A stretch of DNA of 64,000 nucleotides. Source: Picochlorum sp. SENEW3 (lineage: Eukaryota). The translations under genes and the position numbers were made by a program. Below are positions 34,029 through 46,897 of the stretch, piece after piece (position 1 is the stretch's first letter; each line of letters opens with the position of its first letter). The stretch lies in contig CP120459.1 in NCBI GenBank assembly GCA_034226945.1, forward strand, positions 496,001 through 560,000, in the 5' to 3' direction. Under the pieces are notes generated by a model. That model saw nothing but the letters and a program-made list of their open reading frames with translations, was not told where the DNA came from and searched no databases.

Positions 34029-34109
34029 GAGAGTTTCGTAGTCATTTGCTGCTTTCTGTATTCTTGTTTGTTATATCTTATATTCTGATGATTCTTATTC
34101 AACTTGTTT

Positions 34110-35885
34110 TTACAATACAACATGACCGAAGACAGCACGCTGTGCCTTCTCCAGATACAGCAATGCAATTGCCTGGGATGACGGATCAATGTACAGAACC
34201 ACCGATCCTCCTACCAGGCTCACAATGACAAGCCGTAGTAACCGTTTCTTTATCGAATTCTTCCCCGATCTGAGTTTATCCAGATCATCTGGTGACCACA
34301 ATGCCATCTGAATGACAGACCCAAAAACTAGAGAAATCAACGTGGCAGTAAAACACGCCACATTAAACGGCATACTTGCATCTGGAATAGGCAGGTGAAA
34401 CAAGACATTTTGTCCTGCAACGACAATCTCATGAGGCCCATCCCACATGCCACCTTGCCTGTCTGCATGTAATGTTGCAGAGTGGGGTGCCACTCGGACA
34501 ACTGGAGCAGGAATATCAATGCCCCGTGATACATCTGGCGGGTATTCAAATACTGACAAAACCGTTCGCTCAATATTGAGATGGATTTTGACGTCATCCT
34601 TGACGCCATGAAGCACCACGTCAACCAAGCCAGCATGCCGCCGTGGGGCACTAGGTATCCAGTCCACATAAACCCCCTCTGCCATCCTCTTCCCACGGAA
34701 CCATACGACATCATCACCATGCGTAATACGCAAAGATAAAGGATCATACACAACCTCCCAAGGAATCATCTGACGATATCGCACCACGGTAGTGTTTGAC
34801 ATCCCCATGGTCACCAAGGATGTCATGGTTGCCAAGAGGGGATTTCCATGCCTCCCAGCAACCCAATTTGCCACGTCAACAGTATCTCCAACTACTTCAA
34901 TACTCTTAGCATGTACTTTGGACGCACCAGTACCTTCCATCCCATACATGGGACAGTCCAAATACCTACCATCTACTGACGATGCAGCATCACACCCTTG
35001 AACAGGAATATCGAGCCCAGAGCCATGCCTGTATACATACACATTCGACCTCGACACAACTGGACACTGAAACTCCCACAAACCATCCCCTTCACCGCGC
35101 GTATCATCGACAACATATCCTAGCACAGCATTCACATCAACACCAGCATGCCGCCGCTGATGCCACCATCTATGCATTCCTACATCTCTATGCACAAGAG
35201 CACTCATCTCTATATGAAACATAATACCACCACTTCCATCATATCTGGACACCAACCTCATGGAATGATACGGCGTCTCCACCATACTCAACCCATCAAA
35301 GATACCTCCAAGCCCCCTACGTCCACGGCACGGCAGCAATTTCATCCATTGTTCGATACTCTCCACGCACGGAAAATCGGTAGTAGAAACACCTATAAAT
35401 GTACTCTCAGTACTTACAAACGACTTCCTTGGTGTCGTGATCAGAGAGGAGGCAGAGCACCCAAGCAGCCTCCCCAGCATTCTCATCACCACCTCCTCCT
35501 TGGCATCATCACCAGGCGTCATGGACGCATACTCCACCACCAAGCCAGGAGCTCTATCCACATACCACGACGGCAATCGCGTATCACCTCTATTCCCCCT
35601 CGTGTACGTCACCTCAATACGCCCCAGCCCCCCATCCTCCACCATCAATCCCTCAATCCCAGCAGGAATATACTGCCATTCCGACCCCGACAGGTACCCA
35701 CTACTCTTGAATGATCCATACACAAACCATGATGAGCCACCATCATTACCATTGTTACCGTTGTCATCGCCATGATGATGGAGAGGATACAGCACAACCT
35801 CTTCTTCCAGCAATACTTCAGCTTGAACAACCATCGCTCCTGCGAGCAGCAGCAGTAGTAAGTGTTGTCGTCCTAAGCCAAGCAT
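34110..35885 (-). CDS. PIGT: GPI transamidase subunit PIG-T/Gpi16
   Basis: Signal peptide, CVESIEQWMKLLPC, EYPPDVSRG, and PDASMPFNV before the TM segment. Confidence 0.85.
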   Translation of the reverse strand: MLGLGRQHLLLLLLAGAMVVQAEVLLEEEVVLYPLHHHGDDNGNNGNDGGSSWFVYGSFKSSGYLSGSEWQYIPAGIEGLMVEDGGLGRIEVTYTRGNRGDTRLPSWYVDRAPGLVVEYASMTPGDDAKEEVVMRMLGRLLGCSASSLITTPRKSFVSTESTFIGVSTTDFPCVESIEQWMKLLPCRGRRGLGGIFDGLSMVETPYHSMRLVSRYDGSGGIMFHIEMSALVHRDVGMHRWWHQRRHAGVDVNAVLGYVVDDTRGEGDGLWEFQCPVVSRSNVYVYRHGSGLDIPVQGCDAASSVDGRYLDCPMYGMEGTGASKVHAKSIEVVGDTVDVANWVAGRHGNPLLATMTSLVTMGMSNTTVVRYRQMIPWEVVYDPLSLRITHGDDVVWFRGKRMAEGVYVDWIPSAPRRHAGLVDVVLHGVKDDVKIHLNIERTVLSVFEYPPDVSRGIDIPAPVVRVAPHSATLHADRQGGMWDGPHEIVVAGQNVLFHLPIPDASMPFNVACFTATLISLVFGSVIQMALWSPDDLDKLRSGKNSIKKRLLRLVIVSLVGGSVVLYIDPSSQAIALLYLEKAQRAVFGHVVL

Positions 35886-36345
35886 TCTGCTCTCCTAGTT
35901 AAAAAAACTGCTGGGTATGGAAATCGTTGTAGAAAGGACCCGAGTCATGGCACGTTTCTTTGAAGCGCCACGAGCCTTCCCTCACGACCCCCCTTTTTTG
36001 TAATAACAACTCACACAAATCCAAAATACCAGAATATATATAGATCTACTGTAGTAGTAGTACCAGAGCAACAGTACTCTTGAATCCGTCTGCCATGCAA
36101 ATTCAAGTGTGGGTATTTATCTAATGTATCAAAGTACGGAGAGGACCATGTCAATGGACAATCCTATCGGTCAAAGGCATCCATGGACCGTTCTTAGCAA
36201 TCTGATGTCGTTGGATTTCCTCTCGGTCGTGGACCAAGACATGATTCGAACCGTATCAAAGAGACCCTCTCCCTCTCACACACTATGTGATTTCATTGAA
36301 TACTATAGTTGTACCTCGTAGTGATAGACGAGGTGTGGTTGAACC

Positions 36346-38108
36346 ATGACAGCGAATGTCTCTCGCGTTTTTGGAATGACAGCAATGTCATCAGCAACGT
36401 TGCTGTCACCAGCAGGACAGCGTCGTTTGCGCGTAGAACATTCATCTTCTGTAACTATTAATCATTCCTGCGGGAGAATATTGGCAAGGTAGGTTGTTGG
36501 TTGGTGGAAAAGGGTAGTACCCTATTGGTCTTGTTGTTGACTTTCTGTGGTATTGAAACTAAAGCGGATGGCATGGTGTGTGTGTGTGTGTGCAGAGGGA
36601 TGATGCACAGGACAAGAGAGATTCGAAGGGATATGGTGGCAGTACGGGCGGTGGAGGATCATCCATGTCATGTGGATGATGGTGCTGGGTGCTTCCCAGA
36701 GCAGGATGGGAGTGTGATTGTGAGGGACGATTTGGATTCGTTGTTGGAGGTCTTGCCGGTTGATATTCGCGATCCTGTCGCATGTCATCCTCAGAGGACA
36801 GAGCTGTTGGAGGTGGTGCTTGATTTGGGACGTAGGCCAGAGGCTAGGTTTTTGGGTGGGCGTGGAGGAGAGTATTTGAGGGAGGAGTTGATCACAAAGA
36901 GCGATTTGGAGCATGCTATGAGTGCGCTCGGTGATTTTGGAGGGGATAATAGGGCTGGTGTGGAGGGGACTCTTCACAGGATTAGTGCTATTAGGAATAG
37001 GCGAGGGGATGTGGTTGGGCTGACATGTCGAGTTGGGCGTGCTGTGACGGGCCATATCGATATGATTCGGGATATCGTGGATTCCCCGAATTCAATTTTG
37101 TTTTTGGGACGGCCAGGTGTAGGAAAGACGACGGTGATTCGTGAGATGGCTCGAGTGCTGTCGGATGAGATGCACAAGAGAGTTGTGATTATCGATACAT
37201 CCAATGAGATTGGAGGGGATGGTGATGTGCCACACCCTGCCATTGGCGGAGCTCGACGTATGCAAGTTCCAGACCCGTCTCAACAGCATCGTGTTATGAT
37301 TGAAGCTGTGGAGAACCATATGCCTGAGATTGTGATTGTGGATGAGATTGGGACGGAAGCAGAAGCTCTTGCATGCAGGACGATTGCTGAGCGCGGGGTG
37401 CAATTGATTGGCACGGCGCACGGTCAAGTTTTGGAAAATTTAATGAAGAATCCTACTCTGAGTGATTTGGTCGGTGGAATTTGCTCTGTGACTCTTGGTG
37501 ATGAAGAGGCCCGTGCTCGTGGGACGCAAAAGTCTGTGTTGGAGAGAAAAGCCCCACCCACCTTTCCCCTGGTCATTGAAATGCGGGAGAGAGCCATGTG
37601 GGTGGCTCACTGGGTGGAAGACTCTGTGGATTGTCTTTTGAATGGCAAGATTCCAATTGTCCAGGTTCGTCGAAGAGATGGCAAGGCCACCAAAAATGTG
37701 GTTATTGAGGAGTGTGGGTATGATCAGATGGAGGAGCGATGTAACGGTTCAAATGCTCCTCCATCTATTTCTTCCATCAAGGCAAAGAAAGAGCCAAGTA
37801 CCATGGATGGCATCAACAACTCTGTGTTCGATTCGATGTTTGGGTACAGTGAGGGAGGGTTTGGCAGCAGTTTCAGCGCAGCCCCAGTGGAATCAAACCG
37901 CCCCAGCAATGAGACGGTGTATGGTTGGGCTGCTCGCCTGAGAGACGTGTCGGAAGAAGAGGCATTGGCCGAGCTTGCATCTCTTGGATACACGGATGGC
38001 CAGTCACGAAGACGAGAGAAGTTCTCGTTTGCTCAAGGCACGGGATCCGGCAAGAAGAAGAGCAAACGAGGCTCAAGCAGTAGATCCAATGCTCGTCGCA
38101 GAAGGTGA
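36346..38108 (+). CDS. Ycf45-like AAA ATPase, plastid-targeted (intron 36489-36595)
   Basis: [34 protein letters not shown] and EAVENHMPE. Confidence 0.9.
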
Positions 38109-38347
38109 GCATTGGCAGTGTATAGCAATCTACAATGGTTGCAAACAATAAAAAGGAAAAAAAACAACGAATGATGCACCACTTGAATTCATCCGTCATT
38201 GTTTTTTGATTTCTCTTCCTTTTGTACCATGGAGACTTTTGTACCATCAATGAATCAACGAAAAGCTTGGCGTGTCCTATTCAATTTTTGTGACACCTGT
38301 ACTGAATTAATTTCGTTTCATTTGTCTGTGAATGAATCTAACTTACC

Positions 38348-38956
38348 TCAAGTAGAAACTGCCATCTCAGACGTGGCATTGCTGACTGGACAACCACAAT
38401 CAATCAACCTTCCTCCAGAATCAGTGGCAAATGCAACATATTCCCTCCTGACAGCATTAGCGGGCGTGTTTACCCCAAAATCCATCACATGTGTCAGATT
38501 CATATAGTATCCGTACACATAGTACCCCTCATTCTTGTTGTCTACTCCAGCTTGCATGATGTCATTGACAAGAACAGCATGACCATAGATGGGATTGTTC
38601 ATCTCATCGTCAGTCCGGTTTTCATGTCGTTCTCCATCTGTCGATCCAATGTCATAGTACGGGTGCATAACAACCTCTCTGACTTCCCAGTTCGGTGCAT
38701 CACTCATGTCAGTTTCTGGTATGGAGAAGCAAAAGACGTACAATGACACTGTCTCTGGAGACCCAGTCTTGTTGTATTGCTCAAGAACGGTTTGGACCAG
38801 TGCCTCCTCTCCACCTTCAATCAGTGATACTCAGGCCTCATGAAGATCCTTCAGGCATGTTTCCAATAAATCAGGTTCAATGAGGGACGCCGTGACAATG
38901 GACAGCAGGAGCAGCAGGACAAGCACTGCCAAGGGTTTGTTGCAGAGAGTGACCAT
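38348..38956 (-). pseudogene. Secreted single-Cache-like protein interrupted by an in-frame TGA (38831-38833)
   Basis: A signal-peptide ORF and the downstream ORF share one frame across a single TGA; LYVFCF...VVMHPY...GYYVYGY resembles the Cache pattern. Confidence 0.55.
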
Positions 38957-39219
38957 GGTGCACATACAAATCCAATACAATATTTGATTTGTATATCTGT
39001 ATATATACGGCAAGAGGAAGAATCCTGCCGTGAAAGCAATGGCGGCAGGTGGACAAATGCCACGCCAGCCTGAACATTCCAAGATTGGACTCAAGTCCAA
39101 TAACTCTGACTGAATGTCCTGCTCATTATTCTTCGTACACCATGTCAAACTGGTTTACAAGAAGAAAGAATGCATGAATACGCCATGAAACAAACAAAAA
39201 AAAGCTACCAGGTATTCCA

Positions 39220-40401
39220 TCAATCACCTTTCACAGGCTGACACACCTCATCCGTCGTCTCACTTCCTCCTCCACTAAACAAGGATTCTGAAAACCCCTC
39301 ATGATGCTCCAACCCCATCTTCCTTCGCTGCCGAGCTTCAACACGTCGAACCCGAATACCTTCACTAATAGCAGCTTGAATCAATCTATTGCAGAAATGC
39401 CGTGCACCGTAGTACATGGGTAGGAAAAACTTGAAGACTTGAAGCAATAATGCAGCATGCCAAGAGTAGTACGTGGGGACAAAAAACACCAAGGTCATCA
39501 TGGTAAATATCAACTGCATAAACCCAAACATGCAAATCTGTCTATTTGTAGACCCTTGAAGACATATATCCGCCAATACACTGTTCGACCTCACCGCCCG
39601 GCGAGCCAAACATTTAAACGATGTGTCCAGATTGTTTGTCTTGATGTACCTTCGATACACCACCTGAACAAAGAACCAATACGACACCTGCCAAACCATA
39701 TAAAACACCAACGGAACAGCAAACAACCAAATACACGTTGTCGATATCCAGTGCTTGGTCATGGTGACCTGAGCAGCTTCTGGAGCTTCCAATGACACAC
39801 ATGCTGTGAACTGTAATGCTGTTGCAGGAGACTTCAACAGAGGCGCACAGTATGCAATCTGAGACCAGCTCGACAACCTCGGCAGATGATGATGCGCGTA
39901 CATGGCCAGACCAGGTAATAAATGTATCAGGACGCTAATCGTATGCTCCTGTGACGACATGACCCATGCGCACTGCCAGGCAAGCAAGGCAAAACTCACT
40001 GGCCCATCAGCCAAGGCATACAATGATGCTTCAATATGCGGGTCACGATACGCCGGCGGAAGAATCAAAAACACAATGCAAGCAGTATTCACCCAATAAC
40101 AGAAATCCAACAAAAAGAATACATTCTTTCCCGACTGCGTGAACGCGAAATCATACACCCTGATGGGAAGAGCCACACAACTAAATATGAGATACACATA
40201 GGGCAGAATAAAGGGATATGCTGCAGCCAGAAATATCAGCACCGCAAACACGATATTCCCTGTCGTCATTGTATGCGGTCTCAAGGCAGGAATGCCTTGA
40301 GAATGCTGCCGTTTCGTATCCGTATCCTGCGACGTCCTCTTGCTCTTCCTTCTCTGCAGAGGGTCACACCCACCTTCTCTTGTTCCTTCAACAGCTTTCA
40401 T
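39220..40401 (-). CDS. Glycerophosphocholine acyltransferase (GPCAT/Gpc1, DUF2838)
   Basis: FLLDFCYWVN, SVLIHLLP, YMVWQVSY and TSFKCL; multi-TM. Confidence 0.82.
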   Translation of the reverse strand: MKAVEGTREGGCDPLQRRKSKRTSQDTDTKRQHSQGIPALRPHTMTTGNIVFAVLIFLAAAYPFILPYVYLIFSCVALPIRVYDFAFTQSGKNVFFLLDFCYWVNTACIVFLILPPAYRDPHIEASLYALADGPVSFALLAWQCAWVMSSQEHTISVLIHLLPGLAMYAHHHLPRLSSWSQIAYCAPLLKSPATALQFTACVSLEAPEAAQVTMTKHWISTTCIWLFAVPLVFYMVWQVSYWFFVQVVYRRYIKTNNLDTSFKCLARRAVRSNSVLADICLQGSTNRQICMFGFMQLIFTMMTLVFFVPTYYSWHAALLLQVFKFFLPMYYGARHFCNRLIQAAISEGIRVRRVEARQRRKMGLEHHEGFSESLFSGGGSETTDEVCQPVKGD

Positions 40402-40820
40402 TATATACTATCCACGTTTGCTTATAAATTCTAAATCAGGTGTTTAGAAAAAACCATTCTCATCGTTGCAAACCTTGCAGGTTTTGGATATCTATCTATC
40501 TACTGTTTAAAACCATTCATCCAGCAATAATGAATTAATTATTGATCCACGCGAGAATATCTACAACTCTTGCTATCTTGTCAATCTCTCTTTTACTATT
40601 TTTTAAAATAAATTAATACTCTGAGTATATATTGCCCATCTCTGTGACTCACAAGAGAAAAACCATGGCAACAACCCTCCTCGGTCAAGACACACACATA
40701 TACATGTGTGATGATGCATCCCTGCTCATGAGCAGGTATCTCTATATATAGCTATAGAGAGAGATGTTGGATGGGCATGTTCCATGTATATACACACACA
40801 CACATATATCTATTATATTT

Positions 40821-41416
40821 CTAATGGTCTTCATATTTGAGCAAAAACGTTGCAAAATCATTGAATGAAATCCCTTGAGGCACCTCTCCTCCTTCCTGAT
40901 CATCTGGAGAAGACAAAGGTTGGCCACCCTTCATAATCATCTGTTGGCACAGATACCGACATTCATCATCACGTATCGACACACCCATCGCCGATATAGC
41001 ATTCTTCAGCTACAATCATTCATACAAGATGAGTACACAAACAACAACAAGATTCAAACATGCATACATACTTCTTCTGGAGAGAGCCTACCAGACCCAT
41101 CCTTGTCCATCATGGTAAAAAACTGCTTCATCTCTTCTAATTCATGCTCCAATTCTGCCTCTTCAAACTCATCCGTCATCACAGTGAGAAACTCTTGGAA
41201 AGTAATCACCCCATCTCCATCCTTGTCCATGCTCTGATACAAATGATCCAACTCTGCTGGGGTTGGATGCACCCCCATCTTATTCAAGCATGCCTGTAAC
41301 TCATCCTTTGCAATGGTACCAGAACCGTCTGTGTCGAAAGCACCAAAGGCTTGTTTGAGTTCAGAGAGCTGCTGGTCGTAGACAGCCTTGGACTCTAAGT
41401 CAGACTCGGGAATCAT
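40821..41416 (-). CDS. Calmodulin-like EF-hand protein (2 exons)
   Basis: DTDGSGTIAKDE, DKDGDGVITFQE and DKDGSGRLSPEE; exon 2 gives a degenerate fourth EF hand and ends at TAG 40821. Confidence 0.85.
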
Positions 41417-42016
41417 GCGTTGTATTATGGCTTTTTATCTGGGAAAAATAATCATGCGTGAGTATGTGTATGTATATGAAAAAGAAGAATGGAGAATTTA
41501 TTTTTACTACTAGTGCAGACGAAAGGGTTTGAATCGACAGATGACTTGTTTTGCAGTACCTTGGAGGTTGTACCTTGTTGGTACTATGAAAGATTCACTT
41601 GTGAATTCATGCCATATGATTTCTTCACCTTCACATGGAATGACAATGACCATCGTTTGCTTCTTTGCATCACCAGGGTTTGGATTCTCATCTCCACATG
41701 CACCAGATATCTGCATCGATGAAGCAGATGTTTTCTTTGTTGGAAGGAGGAAAATGTAGAATATCTGGTGAAGGATGTACTAGTGGTAATATCCAAAAAC
41801 AAACAAACCCTAGGCTAGTATTAAATTATCATAATACTTTTATACGATTCGACAGATACTGTTCTATGCGAAAGCTGTAGAAGAAGAGATTGTATGCACC
41901 AAATTCAATTTGTTGACTTTGTACGAGGACAGGCAGTGAGTATCGGGTATTGTGTATTATGGGCAGAATGCACGAGATATATATAATCTAATAGCTGTAG
42001 CGAGTGATTTGACACC

Positions 42017-44019
42017 ATGGTACGTGGTACAGAGAGCGTCCTCCCGCACCTGTTGCAGTTTATTATTATAACTCTCTTTGTTTGTTTGTTTCTTTTCTGC
42101 AGAGTGGTGGAGGGGCTGGCTCGGCAGAAGAGTCTGTCTTGGAGACACCGACATACTCTATAGCTCTGATTTTGCTGGCGTTTCAGGTGGTGTCGGTTGT
42201 GTTTTCCCTCATCGTCAAGGGGATTCAGAGGGCATTGTTGAAGAGACGAAAGGTCGGAATGTTGGCTGCTGTAAATCATTCTGTGCACGAGTTGACGCTG
42301 TTGGGATTTGTGTCGTTGGTACTTATTGCGCTTCAAAATACGATAACGAATATTTGTGTCGACAAGGGGTATTTTGATACGAGTTGGACAGTGCTGAGCT
42401 CTGTGTATAGTGAGGGCTACTGCCCATGTTGTTTAGAGCATACAAATAGCGTGCAGCAATGTGTGCTCGAGTATGCAGCGTGTGGGAATAGTTTGGAGCC
42501 TTTTTGTAATTGTGATATGAAGGATCCGTCGTGTGTTGGTGAGGTTGCGGCCTATGAGGCGGTGGAGGAGGAGGAGCAGAGTATATACTGTGAAGGGCCT
42601 CGAACGATTGATGGGTTTCAGTGTTCAGAGGGAAAAGTGAAGGCTGTGTCGTATTTGACATTAGAACAAGTGCATTTACTTATATTTACGGTGTCAATCA
42701 TCCATGTCATCTCTGGTTTTGTGCTCTATGGGATTTGCAGACTCCGGGTGAAATTAGAATGGGGTTCATGGGAGAAATGCCCGACGGTGCACTCTGAAAA
42801 GGTACAAGAGGCGCTTGACGAGTATTTCAAAGGTCTTGATGTGCAAAAGGATTTGATGAGAAAGTCACAGGAAGTCGCCAAGCAGGGTGGCGCAGCCGAT
42901 GGAGGGGAGGAGATGCACAAGAGTGCATCCTGTCCTAGAATAGATGATGCTCTTGAACAGGGAGAGTCCACTCAGGATGGACCACCATTGCTGCAACGGT
43001 TATCAGCACCATTGCCAAAAGTTTTGCATTCGGATTCATTCATTGTCGCACGAGTCAAGACATTGAGGAAGACTTCCAAGAGTTTTTCTGATCTGCTTCA
43101 ATTAGAAAAAGATGTCATGAAACGATGTGTCCAGAAAGTGAAGAGTGCCTCTAAAAGGATATTTGCGTTTCTATACAAGCCTGCATCGTGTGTGATTCAG
43201 GGCATGGGGCCCTTTCTTGTCACAAAGAAGCAGTATGCTAAACTGAGAGCCTCATTCATGTACACACACAAGATGGGATCAAGCTTTGACTTTCTAAACC
43301 ATCTTTTACAAAGCATAGAGGAAGATTTCTCCCACCTTGTTGGTATCTCACCGATATTTTGGATTGGAATCATTCTGTTTTGGCTCGTCTCTGGAGCCAT
43401 GGGATATGCCGTCATGCCAGCAATGATTATCAATGCTGTCGTCATGATCATCCTGAATGCAAAACTCGTGAGCATTGTACAGAATGTGACGGATAGGGGA
43501 GGTGCAGCAGTCATGCTGGAAACCAATGTATTTTGGTTCAACAGACCAGCGTTACTCCTCCAGCCAATGAAACTCTCCCTCTTCATTTGCTCCTATTTAT
43601 TTGCTAGTTTCCTCTTCTTTGTGTGGCAGTTCTCAGCAACGTCCTGCCCATTCTCAGATGCATTTTATCCTCAATGGGTACTGCCGTGGTGGACTATTAT
43701 TCTGTTCAATTTGGTGATATTCATCCACTTGGCTGCCGTCACCTTTCCAGCCTACTCACTTGCTGTTCAAATGGGATCCGACTTGAAAGGCCATATGCTC
43801 CCGAAAAGACTCGCCAAAAAACTGTTACTAGCTGTAGAAGAAGCAAAGCGCAAGGTCCGGCAAGAAAAAGCAGCAGCCAAGGCAGCAGCGGATGCACTCC
43901 ATGCCAGGCAACTCAATTTCTTAACCCGTCGAAGCGCCTCTAGAGCAATCTCCGGAGCTGCATCCGTCTTTGTGTCTGAACCCACAGATTTATCAACCAT
44001 AGACAAAGAAATTGAATAA
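42017..44019 (+). CDS. MLO family seven-TM protein (ATG alone as the first coding exon; intron 42020-42102)
   Basis: LETPTYS, ELTLLGFVSL, FDFLNHLLQSIEEDF, FWFNRP and TFPAYSLAVQMGS. Confidence 0.9.
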
Positions 44020-44117
44020 TAATATATAAATATATTTAATAGAGAACGGGTAGTATACCTTGTGTGCCATCTTTCAAGGACAACCGACTCCCAACCGCAC
44101 ATTCAACAACATCAGCC

Positions 44118-45225
44118 ATGGCCGCTGCTCTGGAGCGACACGAGGATGTGTCGCAGCATGAGCATGAAGAGACGGAGCAACAAAATCCAAATATATCCGC
44201 ATATGCTGTGGATTGTTTACAGGTGGGTTGGTTGGAGAGTGTCATTCTTCCACGGTTCGACCTGATCCTCAAGTGTATGTTCTCTGTAGGAAATGGGCAT
44301 TGCTGCTGCGGATATTAAAAAACTAAGGGAAGGAGGATTTCACACGGTAGAGGCTGTGAGTTTTGCATCCAAGAGGGAACTTACGGAAATCAAGGGGGTC
44401 AGCGAGGCCAAGGTGGGCAAGATCAAGGAAGCGGCTGCAAAGTTTGTACCACCTGGGTTTACGACTGCTCATACTATTTTGCAGCAGCGAGGGGCCATGG
44501 TTCGGATTACGACTGGGTGTGCGTCGTTGAATGGAATATTGGGAGGGGGTCTTGAAACTGGATCCATTACGGAGATTTATGGTGAGTATCGCTGTGGTAA
44601 GACACAGCTGTGCCATACACTGGCTGTGACATGCCAGATACCGGTGAATCAGGGTGGTGGAGAAGGCAAGTGTTTGTTCATTGATACTGAGGGTACTTTC
44701 CGTCCAGACAGGTTGCTCGAAATCGCGGCACGATATGGAATGGATCAGGAGGAGGTGTTGGAGAATGTGGCATATGCGAGGGCCCATAATACAGAGCATC
44801 AACAGGAGCTGCTTGTGAATGCTGCGGCTCTGATGGCTGAGAGCAGATTCTCTCTCATTATTGTGGACTCTGCAACTGCATTGTTCAGGTCCGAGTTTAT
44901 GGGAAGGGGAGAGCTCGCATCCAGGCAAAACATGCTTGGAAGGTTTTTAAAGTCGTTGCAGCGCCTTGCAGACCAATACGGTGCTGCTGTTGTGGTTACG
45001 AATCAGGTTGTTCAGGCAAATCTGGATGGAGCATCCATGTTTGCAGGGCCCACCGTCAAGCCAATTGGTGGTAATATCATGGCACATGCCACGACAACTC
45101 GTCTTCATCTGAGAAAGGGAAGAGGAGAAACGCGCATTGCAAAACTTGTGGCGTCTCCATCAATGCCAGAGGCCGATGCAACCTTTGGCATCTCCCCTGA
45201 AGGTGTTACTGATGCTGCGGATTAA
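44118..45225 (+). CDS. RAD51: RAD51 recombinase (intron ~44223-44289)
   Basis: [23 protein letters not shown] and [16 protein letters not shown] (RAD51-type rather than DMC1-type). Confidence 0.9.
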
Positions 45226-45285
45226 ATATCCTTGCTTCTTTCTTCATGTATTTTTACACGGTACTTCATCACCATTATAGTATGG

Positions 45286-46662
<1,377 letters not shown>

Positions 46663-46897
46663 TTATTTTACATTCATCCAATGGGTTGGTGATGGTTTTT
46701 TCTGACTAGATCGATACGAATGACTGCATCCTTCCGTGAATAGAAAACAATTCCTACTTTGGAATAAAAAATAAAATGCAAAGGAAATTCCCTTTTGAGA
46801 TTGAGACCAATCCTCAAACCAAAGTACATAATGTAAGAAAACGATGATATCTGTGTATTGATTCAACCTGCTGGTCAATACCGTGGCTGTTGGTATC

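Noticed and set aside
38160..38205. SECIS candidate for the TGA-containing gene (ATGA-N11-AA on the - strand)
   Set aside because: There is no GA on the 3' strand to form the non-Watson-Crick quartet.
41805..41812. AAACCCTA telomere-like motif
   Set aside because: Single copy; at most a telo-box, not an array or a telomerase template context.
44225..44285. tRNA-like ggttcga in the RAD51 intron
   Set aside because: No cloverleaf or A box.
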